In this document: piece after piece, positions 55,884 to 64,000 of the stretch
Numbering within the stretch: the stretch's first letter is position 1
How the letters are laid out: every line of letters starts with the position of its first letter
Assembly: GCA_045594005.1 (NCBI GenBank)
Contig: JAZNXT010000015.1
Location: 13,418 to 77,417 of the forward strand
From: Victivallales bacterium
GTDB taxonomy: Bacteria; Verrucomicrobiota; Lentisphaeria; Victivallales; UBA1829
Direction of reading: 5' to 3'
Length of the DNA stretch: 64,000 bases
The notes under the pieces: generated by a model
What the model was told of the DNA's origin: nothing
Database searches by the model: none
What the model saw: the letters and a program-made list of their open reading frames with translations, nothing else
Position numbers and translations under genes: made by a program

Positions 55884-58472
55884 ATGGCAGAATCCGATAA
55901 AATCACACCCATGATGAAACAGTATTTGCAAGCCAAAGCGGAAACCCCGCCCGGCTCGATCCTGCTGTTCCGGCTGGGAGATTTCTATGAAATGTTTTTC
56001 GATGATGCCAACCGTGCTGCACCCATTCTGGAAGTGGCTTTGACAAAGCGGGCAGGGTATCCCATGTGCGGCGTGCCGTATCATGCACTGGAAGCATATC
56101 TGCCGAAACTGCTGGAAGCCGGAGTGAAAGTTGCCATCGCGGAACAGATGGAGGATCCGAAACTTGCCAAAGGGATCGTAAAGCGCGCTATCACCAGAGT
56201 GATCACGCCCGGCACGATCCTGGATTCCAATTTTCTCAAACCGGGCGTGAGCAACTTTCTCTGTTCTGTCTGCATGAGTAAAGACCGTTTCGGGTTCTCC
56301 TGGCTGGATATCAGTACCGCAGAATTCAAAACTTGTGAACTTGCCAGCAGAGAGGAACTGGAAAGCGAACTGCAGAAACTGCAGCCGCGGGAATGTCTGC
56401 TGCCGGAATCCCTCCATGAACTCTGGACTGCCGCAAAAGGATTCCCGTTCACACACAAACCAGTGTTGTGGACTCCGGTGGACGACTGGATCTTCTCTCT
56501 GGAAAATACAGAAGATCTGCTGAAACGCCAGCTCCATGTTTTATCTCTGGACGGATTCGGGTTACGGGATGCGCCTCTGGCTGTTCGCGCTGCCGGTGCC
56601 GTGCTGCATTATGCGTCGGAAAATCTGCGGCACAATACAGGGCATATCCGCGCCATCCAATATGACAACTGCGGTGAATTTCTCGGTTTGGATCCTATTT
56701 GCCAGCGCAATCTGGAACTGGTGGAATCGCTCCACGGCGGCAATCGGGAAGGAACGCTTCTGCAGATATTGGACAAGACCGCCACGGCCATGGGAAGCCG
56801 TCTTATGCGGTCCTGGATCCTGAAACCTTTGTGCAACCGGGATCTGATCGTGGCGCGTCAGGATGTGGTGGGTTTGTTCCGGGATGATCCTTTTACTCTT
56901 GCGGAGATCCGGGAATGTCTGCGTGCCGTCCGTGATATTGAGCGATTGACCTCCAAATTGAATGTAGGTGCGTTCAACGGCAGGGATATGCTGGCTCTCG
57001 GAAGCAGTCTGGAAATGCTGCCGGGTCTGCAATCGATCCTGAATATCTGCGATCTGCCTTTGATCGAACGGTTGAAAAACAATATTCAAGCCACACCGGA
57101 ACTCGTGAACCGTATCGCACAGGCGATCGCCGACGATCCTCCGGCAACGACGACCGATGGCGGTCTGATCCGGACCGGTTATCACGCAGAACTGGATGAA
57201 TTGCGTTCTGCCGCCGCAAACGGAAAAAGCTGGGTGGCGGAACTTCAGGCAAAGGAACAGGAACGCACCGGCATCAAATCATTGAAAGTCAATTACAATA
57301 AAGTGTTCGGATATTTTATCGAGGTTACAAAGAGCAATCTTTCTCTTGTCCCGGATAATTATTTGCGGAAACAGACCATGGCGAACGGCGAACGGTTCAT
57401 CACACCTGAACTCAAGGAAATGGAAAGCAAGATCCTCGGTGCGGAAGATAAAGCCAAAGCATTGGAAGCACAGCTGTTTGAAGAATTGCGTCTGTTCGCT
57501 CAGACTTTTACCGGTACGATCCAGAGCGCGGCAAAGGCGATCGCCGAACTGGATGTGCTGTGCGCACTGGCAGAATGTGCCGCAAAATACAATTATTGCC
57601 GACCCCGAGTGCAGGACGATGATGTATTGCGGATCATCGGCGGCAGACACCCCGTGATCGAACCGAAAATGGATACGGAGCGTTTCGTCCCCAACGATAC
57701 CTGTCTGGATGGTGATAATAATCGTATGATGATCATTACCGGTCCGAATATGGCAGGAAAATCCACTTATATCCGTCAGACGGCATTGCTGGTCATCATG
57801 GCGCAGATGGGATCGTTCATCCCCGCAGATGAGGCGCAGATCGGAATCGCAGACCGCATCTTCACCCGCGTGGGCGCAATGGACGATATCGCACGCGGTC
57901 AAAGTACCTTCATGGTGGAAATGCTGGAAACCGCCAATATCCTCAACCATGCCACCAGCCGCAGTATTGTGATCCTGGATGAGATCGGACGCGGCACCAG
58001 TACATTCGACGGTTTGTCTATCGCGTGGGCTGTGGCGGAATATCTGTTGGAGCATCCCGTCTGCCGGACACAGTTCGCAACGCATTATCACGAATTGACA
58101 GAACTGGCTCTTACCCGGAAAGGCGTGAAAAATTATAATGTGGCAGTCCGCGAATACGGCGATCAGATCGTGTTCCTGCGGCAGATCGTGCCGGGGGCTG
58201 CCGATAAAAGTTACGGGATCCATGTTGCAAAACTGGCGGGACTTCCTGTGGAAGTCATCACCCGTGCCCGCGAGATATTGGAAAATCTGGAAAACAATGC
58301 CATCGGCGAAGCCGGTCTGCCGGCGATCATGCTTGCCCGTGAGGTGGGGCCTGCAGTTCATTACGATGCACAGGATGGCAAAGCGAAGACCCGCAGAAAA
58401 ACAGTCAAACAGGGAAAAGCGGACAACGACAGCGATGAAGACGCTTTCCTCCAGTTGTCGCTGTTCGATTGA
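55884..58472 (+). CDS. mutS: DNA mismatch repair protein MutS
   Basis: TPMMKQYLQAKAETP...LLFRLGDFYEMFFDDA, Walker A GPNMAGKST, DEIGRGTSTFDG. ATG 55884 follows GGAGAA (alternative ATG 55866). Confidence 0.95.
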   Translation: MAESDKITPMMKQYLQAKAETPPGSILLFRLGDFYEMFFDDANRAAPILEVALTKRAGYPMCGVPYHALEAYLPKLLEAGVKVAIAEQMEDPKLAKGIVKRAITRVITPGTILDSNFLKPGVSNFLCSVCMSKDRFGFSWLDISTAEFKTCELASREELESELQKLQPRECLLPESLHELWTAAKGFPFTHKPVLWTPVDDWIFSLENTEDLLKRQLHVLSLDGFGLRDAPLAVRAAGAVLHYASENLRHNTGHIRAIQYDNCGEFLGLDPICQRNLELVESLHGGNREGTLLQILDKTATAMGSRLMRSWILKPLCNRDLIVARQDVVGLFRDDPFTLAEIRECLRAVRDIERLTSKLNVGAFNGRDMLALGSSLEMLPGLQSILNICDLPLIERLKNNIQATPELVNRIAQAIADDPPATTTDGGLIRTGYHAELDELRSAAANGKSWVAELQAKEQERTGIKSLKVNYNKVFGYFIEVTKSNLSLVPDNYLRKQTMANGERFITPELKEMESKILGAEDKAKALEAQLFEELRLFAQTFTGTIQSAAKAIAELDVLCALAECAAKYNYCRPRVQDDDVLRIIGGRHPVIEPKMDTERFVPNDTCLDGDNNRMMIITGPNMAGKSTYIRQTALLVIMAQMGSFIPADEAQIGIADRIFTRVGAMDDIARGQSTFMVEMLETANILNHATSRSIVILDEIGRGTSTFDGLSIAWAVAEYLLEHPVCRTQFATHYHELTELALTRKGVKNYNVAVREYGDQIVFLRQIVPGAADKSYGIHVAKLAGLPVEVITRAREILENLENNAIGEAGLPAIMLAREVGPAVHYDAQDGKAKTRRKTVKQGKADNDSDEDAFLQLSLFD

Positions 58473-58504
58473 TTTGCGGCACTTTCAAAATCTTGGATCA
58501 GAAT

Positions 58505-58540
58505 AAAAAAAAGGATCGCTCCCGTTGTATGAAGCGATCC
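58505..58540 (-). terminator. Terminator for the small minus-strand gene (also faces the mutS 3' end)
   Basis: GGATCGCT (58513-58520) pairs with AGCGATCC (58533-58540). The A8 tract at 58505-58512 gives a U-tract on the minus strand. Confidence 0.65.
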
Positions 58541-58567
58541 CATGATTTGCCGCAGAAATATCAAATA

Positions 58568-58792
58568 TTATTTCTTGAACGCCTCGCCGATCTTGTTAAA
58601 GCCTTTTTTGAGACCTTTTCCGGTATCTTCCACTGCATCTGCCGCTTTTTCAATACCTTCTCCGGTGGCTTCACCGGCATTTTCCAGTTTGTCTTCCGTT
58701 GTTTCTTCGCAGGCACAAAGTGCAAGTGCAAACACCGCAACAGCTGTCAGCATCGAGCCGCGCACAACCGCAGAGATCGCTTTCAAAGTCAT
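58568..58792 (-). CDS. Small secreted/lipoprotein-like protein (74 aa), function unknown
   Basis: MTLKAISAVVRGSMLTAVAVFALALCACEETT... is a hydrophobic leader ending in Cys residues, followed by an acidic/Lys-rich tail. ATG 58792 follows AAAGGAAAAAA. Own promoter-like TTGCAA-17-TATATT upstream. Confidence 0.5.
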   Translation of the reverse strand: MTLKAISAVVRGSMLTAVAVFALALCACEETTEDKLENAGEATGEGIEKAADAVEDTGKGLKKGFNKIGEAFKK

Positions 58793-58891
58793 GATTTTTT
58801 CCTTTCCTGTTGGATTTAGAATTTTCCTTTTACCTGTTTCAAATATAAACTGCAAAATGTTTCTTTGCAAGCGGAAAAACAGGATTTTTAC

Positions 58892-58924
58892 AAAAAAACG
58901 CCCCGCCGGATGTCCGGCAGAGCG
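58892..58924 (-). terminator. Intrinsic terminator after nagB
   Basis: Minus-strand read CGCTCTGCCGG-ACAT-CCGGCGGGGCG (11 bp including two G-U) followed by T7. Confidence 0.75.
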
Positions 58925-58955
58925 TTTTCAGTGATACAAAACCGGATCTTACAGA

Positions 58956-59747
58956 TCAGATGTTCTGATATGCAGCCCATTTCGGATCGTTTTTGAACTG
59001 GAACTTGTATTCTTCCGCGCCCACAAGTTTCGCAGCCGCAGCTTCGTCCAGAATGACGACTGCATCTTCATGCAGTTGCAGCGCAGTTGCGGAGATCATG
59101 CTGGTGACAGGTCCTTCCACGGTCTTGGAAACGATATCAGCTTTTTCATCGCCGGTGGCAACGAGCAGAAGTTTCTTCGCTTCGAGAATGGTGCCGACAC
59201 CCATGGTGACTGCGCGCATGGGCATATCTTCGGGCTTGTCAAAAAGCGGGGAGTTCTGTTCGTAGGTCGTTTTGGTGAGCGTCACCGCGCGGGTGCGGGA
59301 AGCAAAGGAGGAAAGGGGTTCGTTGAAGCCGATGTGACCGGTTCTGCCGATACCGAGCAGCTGCATATCCACGCCGCCGCATGCTTCCATCTGTTCTTCG
59401 TATTCTGCAGCGGCAGCTTCCAGATCTTCAGCCACGCCGTTGGGAACGAATGTATTGCGTTTGTCAATGTTGATCTTGTCAAACAGATGGAAATTCATAT
59501 AGTAACGGTAGGAATCCTTGTTGGATCCGTCGAAACCGACATATTCGTCCAGGTTGAAGGATTTGCACAGAGAGAAGTCCAGACCTTCGCTTTTGTGCCA
59601 TGCGGCAAGGAAGGAATAAAGACGTTCCATGGTGCGTCCGGTGGCAAGACCCAGCGTGTAAGCCGGTTTCGCTTTCACGGCATCTGCAATGATCCGTGCG
59701 GCAAGTTCTGACGCCTTTTCGGCTGTCGGCATGATGATAACTTCCAT
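58956..59747 (-). CDS. nagB: Glucosamine-6-phosphate deaminase
   Basis: 263 aa with LGLATGRTMERLY, FNLDEYVG, LLGIGRTGHIGFNEP. Start set at ATG 59747 behind AGGAG; the 62-aa upstream extension is rejected. Confidence 0.9.
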   Translation of the reverse strand: MEVIIMPTAEKASELAARIIADAVKAKPAYTLGLATGRTMERLYSFLAAWHKSEGLDFSLCKSFNLDEYVGFDGSNKDSYRYYMNFHLFDKINIDKRNTFVPNGVAEDLEAAAAEYEEQMEACGGVDMQLLGIGRTGHIGFNEPLSSFASRTRAVTLTKTTYEQNSPLFDKPEDMPMRAVTMGVGTILEAKKLLLVATGDEKADIVSKTVEGPVTSMISATALQLHEDAVVILDEAAAAKLVGAEEYKFQFKNDPKWAAYQNI

Positions 59748-59818
59748 TTTGAAGCTCCTTTCGGGCTTTTGCCCGTTTTTGTGATTTGGTTGATATTTGG
59801 GTTGTTGGTATTGTTTTT

Positions 59819-61189
59819 TCAGTTCAAACCGTAAAACGATTTCGGACCGCTGTAACTCATTTTGCGGACAAGTGCTTTGGCGGCATCTTCCGGGATCCTG
59901 CCGTGTTCCACCATGTCGCCGATCACATCGCACAACACTCTGCGGAACATTTCAAAACGGGAGGAATAACTCAACAGCTTTCTGGAGTCGGATACCATCC
60001 CCGCAAACGCAGAAAAAAGATCCACGCTGGAAATGTATTCCAACTGCCGCTTCATCCCGATGGGCGTATCATTGAACCACCATGCCGAACCCAGACGCAC
60101 TTTCGTGCCGAAAGAACGGGAAACCGTCGCAAGAGATGCCTGATGTGCCGGTTCCAGACAGTACAGAACCACTTTGAGTTTTTCATCAAAGATGTTCAGG
60201 AATTTGCACAGCGGCTTAACAATGTCGATCACATGATCGGAAACATCCCCGCCCGTGTCCGGTCCGAGGGTGGCGTAAAGCACATCCCGCACATCCCGCA
60301 CCGCTCCAATATGCAACTGGAAACACCAGCCTTTTTCTGCGTCAAACTCCGCAAATTTCCGCATCAGATAGGAACTCCACACATCTTCATCTTCCGCAGT
60401 GGCAGTTCCGCCGGAAAGCATCTTCTGCAAAATCGCATCCGCCTGTGCTTCCGTTGCCAGTCCGTCATAAGGCTTTTCCACACCGTGATCGCTGGCGATC
60501 GCTCCGTGCGCCGCAAAGAAATCATGGGACTTTTTCAGCACATCAATGAGGTCGGAAACCGATTTTATCGACTTATCCCAACGCAGGGAAAGTTTTTCCA
60601 GATACGCACAAAAATCAGCTTTGCGGATCTTCATCACGCGGTCGGGTCTCCAGGTCGGGCGGATCAGAATCTTTCCGAATGCCGCGTTGGCTCTGTCATG
60701 TTCCTCCAATGTATCCACAGGATCATCTGTGGAACACATTGTTTCAATATTCATGCGTTTAACCAGATTTTGAGGCTGATTTTCTTCCTTTGCCAATACT
60801 TCGCAACAGCCGTTCCAAAGCATTTCTGCGGTGTCTTCACACAAGAGAATATTGTCAAAACCAAGCACACGCAGATCCAGATGCACCCATTCATAAACAG
60901 GATTGCCCGCAAAGTCCGGAAAAACTTTCGCCATGGCAAGCCACTTGTCGTGATTTGAGGCTGATCCGGTGATCAGTTCTTCGCTCACACCGCATTTGCG
61001 CAGCATCTCCCACACATAGTGGTCGGTCGCCGCAAAAAGTTCCCACGGATCAGTAAAAGGAACATTGTCCGCAATCCGCTTCACATCCGCATGATTGTGC
61101 GGATCCACCACGGGCAGGGCGGCGACTTCCGGATAAAGCCGCTGTGCTGCACTGCTGCCCAAAAGATAATTGGAATCAAGAAATGCCAT
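59819..61189 (-). CDS. uxaC: Glucuronate isomerase
   Basis: MAFLDSNYLLGSSAAQRLYPEVAALPVVDPHNHA is a typical UxaC N terminus; 456 aa. ATG 61189 follows GAGGTGA. Confidence 0.85.
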   Translation of the reverse strand: MAFLDSNYLLGSSAAQRLYPEVAALPVVDPHNHADVKRIADNVPFTDPWELFAATDHYVWEMLRKCGVSEELITGSASNHDKWLAMAKVFPDFAGNPVYEWVHLDLRVLGFDNILLCEDTAEMLWNGCCEVLAKEENQPQNLVKRMNIETMCSTDDPVDTLEEHDRANAAFGKILIRPTWRPDRVMKIRKADFCAYLEKLSLRWDKSIKSVSDLIDVLKKSHDFFAAHGAIASDHGVEKPYDGLATEAQADAILQKMLSGGTATAEDEDVWSSYLMRKFAEFDAEKGWCFQLHIGAVRDVRDVLYATLGPDTGGDVSDHVIDIVKPLCKFLNIFDEKLKVVLYCLEPAHQASLATVSRSFGTKVRLGSAWWFNDTPIGMKRQLEYISSVDLFSAFAGMVSDSRKLLSYSSRFEMFRRVLCDVIGDMVEHGRIPEDAAKALVRKMSYSGPKSFYGLN

Positions 61190-61348
61190 AATCACCTCGC
61201 GTGTGTTGATTTTATCTATTGCTATATAATATAACGCAGGTCCGCCGAAAATCCAGAGCAAAATCGAAAATATGTCAAGTTAGCCTCATTTTTGAGCGTG
61301 GATTGAGTGTGGATACAAACTTTTTTGCGATTTTTTTGCAAAACTGAT

Positions 61349-61376
61349 TTGACAAATCGTGATTGAGGTGTATAGT
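61349..61376 (+). promoter_or_regulatory. rRNA operon promoter P1
   Basis: TTGACA (61349-61354), 16-nt spacer, TATAGT (61371-61376), with A/T tracts upstream. Confidence 0.55.
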
Positions 61377-61544
61377 AATGTCACAACGAAGCAAGAGTGC
61401 TTCACCGGTGAAAGTCCGGGTGATGATTGAAAGAGTGATTTAGAACTTTCTGGAAGCTTTTCAGAGTCGTGTTCGCGGTGAGCGCGGATGTTCTTCTCAA
61501 AGCGGTCCGGCGAAAAAAAAGTCGGAAAATTTTGAAAAGAGCAT

Positions 61545-61572
61545 TTGACAAACCGGAAAACGATGCTATATT
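61545..61572 (+). promoter_or_regulatory. rRNA operon promoter P2
   Basis: TTGACA (61545-61550), 16-nt spacer, TATATT (61567-61572), with A/T tracts upstream. Confidence 0.55.
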
Positions 61573-61663
61573 AAAGTTCTGTCGCCGCTGATGTGGCGTT
61601 GCTCCTGAAAAAAATGCGAAAGAGCGCGATGTGAAAAAAATCAAAAATTTTTCCGGATCGCAC

Positions 61664-61691
61664 TTGACAAAACAAAAATCAGGTGTAAATT
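61664..61691 (+). promoter_or_regulatory. rRNA operon promoter P3
   Basis: TTGACA (61664-61669), 16-nt spacer, TAAATT (61686-61691), with A/T tracts upstream. Confidence 0.55.
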
Positions 61692-61911
61692 AAGAACTCG
61701 TCAACCGAAACGTTGATGAAAGCGAATCGATAAGGTTTGCGATGCTGATTCTGAAAAGAATTTCCGATCTGTCGCGGTGAGAACTGCGAAACAGAGATGA
61801 AAGATAAAATCAATCCGGTACATTGGTACGAGAATTCGAGCGAAGTCCATTTTTCGTGAAAATGGAGAAAGGACTCCGGCGGGGAATTTTGCGCTGTATG
61901 TACGGGGTGTT

Positions 61912-61941
61912 CCTTGAAAAATTGAATAGTGCGATGAGCCC
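61912..61941 (+). other. 5' strand of the 16S processing stem (overlaps a boxA-like GTGTTCCTTGAAAAA)
   Basis: CCTTGAAAAATTGAATAGTGCGATGAGCCC pairs over 30 nt with 63709-63738; the three differences are all G-U compatible. The adjacent GTGTTCCTTGAAAA (61907-61920) resembles Firmicute-type boxA (from memory). Confidence 0.75.
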
Positions 61942-62083
61942 AGTCAGATTGAGATAATAATATCGAGATCGTAGTTGGGAGACAGTGACTCCTTAAAAAC
62001 ACTGAAATAAATCAAACATTGAAAGCAACAGTCAACTTTCGATGGGCAAAAGTAAGATAACAACTTTGGTTGTTTAACATTTT

Positions 62084-63602
<1,519 letters not shown>

Positions 63603-63708
63603 TAAGGAGCGAGACGATCGCCCGGCAACTCAGACAATCAACAAACTGAGGTGGCCGCCGGAGCCGAGTCGTCCAGGAGTAAACGTCAGGGGAGACTCTG
63701 ATGAATAC

Positions 63709-63738
63709 GGGTTCATTGCACTATTCAATTTTTCGAGG
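63709..63738 (+). other. 3' strand of the 16S processing stem in the ITS
   Basis: GGGTTCATTGCACTATTCAATTTTTCGAGG is the complement of 61912-61941. Followed by a second boxA-like GTGTTCATTACAAAG (63739-63753). Confidence 0.75.
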
Positions 63739-63786
63739 GTGTTCATTACAAAGATCATTACCGTAATTGGTAAGGAAGAGTTTTAA

Positions 63787-63863
63787 GGGGCCTTAACTCA
63801 GTTGGCTAGAGTGTCTGCTTTGCAAGCAGAATGTCGAGGGTTCGAATCCCTTAGGCTCCACCA
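63787..63863 (+). tRNA. tRNA-Ala (anticodon TGC)
   Basis: GGGGCCTTAACTCAGTTGGCTAGAGTGTCTGCTTTGCAAGCAGAATGTCGAGGGTTCGAATCCCTTAGGCTCCACCA with anticodon loop TTTGCAA, the G3-U70 pair, and encoded CCA. Confidence 0.9.
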
Positions 63864-63884
63864 GTTTTTTCTGAATTGGACCTT

Positions 63885-63961
63885 GGGCGTATAGCTCAGT
63901 TGGTTAGAGCGCGTCCCTGATAAGGACGAGGTCCTTGGTTCAACTCCAAGTACGCCCACCA
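63885..63961 (+). tRNA. tRNA-Ile (anticodon GAT)
   Basis: GGGCGTATAGCTCAGTTGGTTAGAGCGCGTCCCTGATAAGGACGAGGTCCTTGGTTCAACTCCAAGTACGCCCACCA with anticodon loop CTGATAA and encoded CCA. Confidence 0.9.
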
Positions 63962-64000
63962 TATACGATAAATGATCATGCGGATTATGAAAAATCGGAC

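Noticed and set aside
62068-62080. boxA-like GGTTGTTTAACAT immediately before the 16S 5' end
   Set aside because: It resembles E. coli boxA (TGCTCTTTAACAA, from memory) but sits only a few nt from the mature 16S start, inside what is more likely a local 5'-end helix. The better boxA candidates are the GTGTTC elements next to the processing stem.

Overview
Dense chromosomal segment of a bacterium, read by eye from the sequence and ORF track with no searches run. It holds 41 protein genes, two candidate leader peptides, one 16S rRNA and four tRNAs. Content is core housekeeping, in order: recJ (partial), tRNA-Leu, dnaE, a secreted hypothetical, an AddAB-type helicase-nuclease pair, a BNR/sialidase-like protein, M42 peptidase, holA, HAD phosphatase, uvrB, a secreted hypothetical, mreC-mreD-mrdA, apbE, xerD, tRNA-Asp and mazG. 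These are followed by a CNNM/CorC transporter, dxs, a 992-aa secreted beta-helix protein, a thioredoxin-ankyrin fusion, mrp/apbC, pepF, two tandem paralogous metallophosphoesterases, uxaE, clpB-grpE-J protein, smpB and a MATE pump. The window ends with ilvBNCDA-ridA, mutS, a small lipoprotein, nagB, uxaC and the start of an rRNA operon (16S, tRNA-Ala, tRNA-Ile). The 16S sequence and gene style look PVC-superphylum-like to me (Lentisphaerota/Kiritimatiellota/Verrucomicrobiota); this is from memory and unverified. I see no transposase, phage, CRISPR or recognisable defence genes, so I do not claim a novel multi-gene system. The most interesting signals are non-coding. (i) Two tandem Ile-codon leader-peptide plus terminator modules lie in front of ilvB. 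(ii) An exact sigma54 -24/-12 promoter with a cluster of TTGTCGCA repeats lies upstream of clpB-grpE-J protein. (iii) A compact GC-rich 134-nt element after mazG folds on paper into a four-way junction. (iv) Three near-identical tandem promoters precede the 16S, and a 30-bp processing stem brackets it. The many kilobase-long antisense ORFs in the track are codon-aligned shadows caused by near absence of TTA/CTA/TCA codons, not genes.
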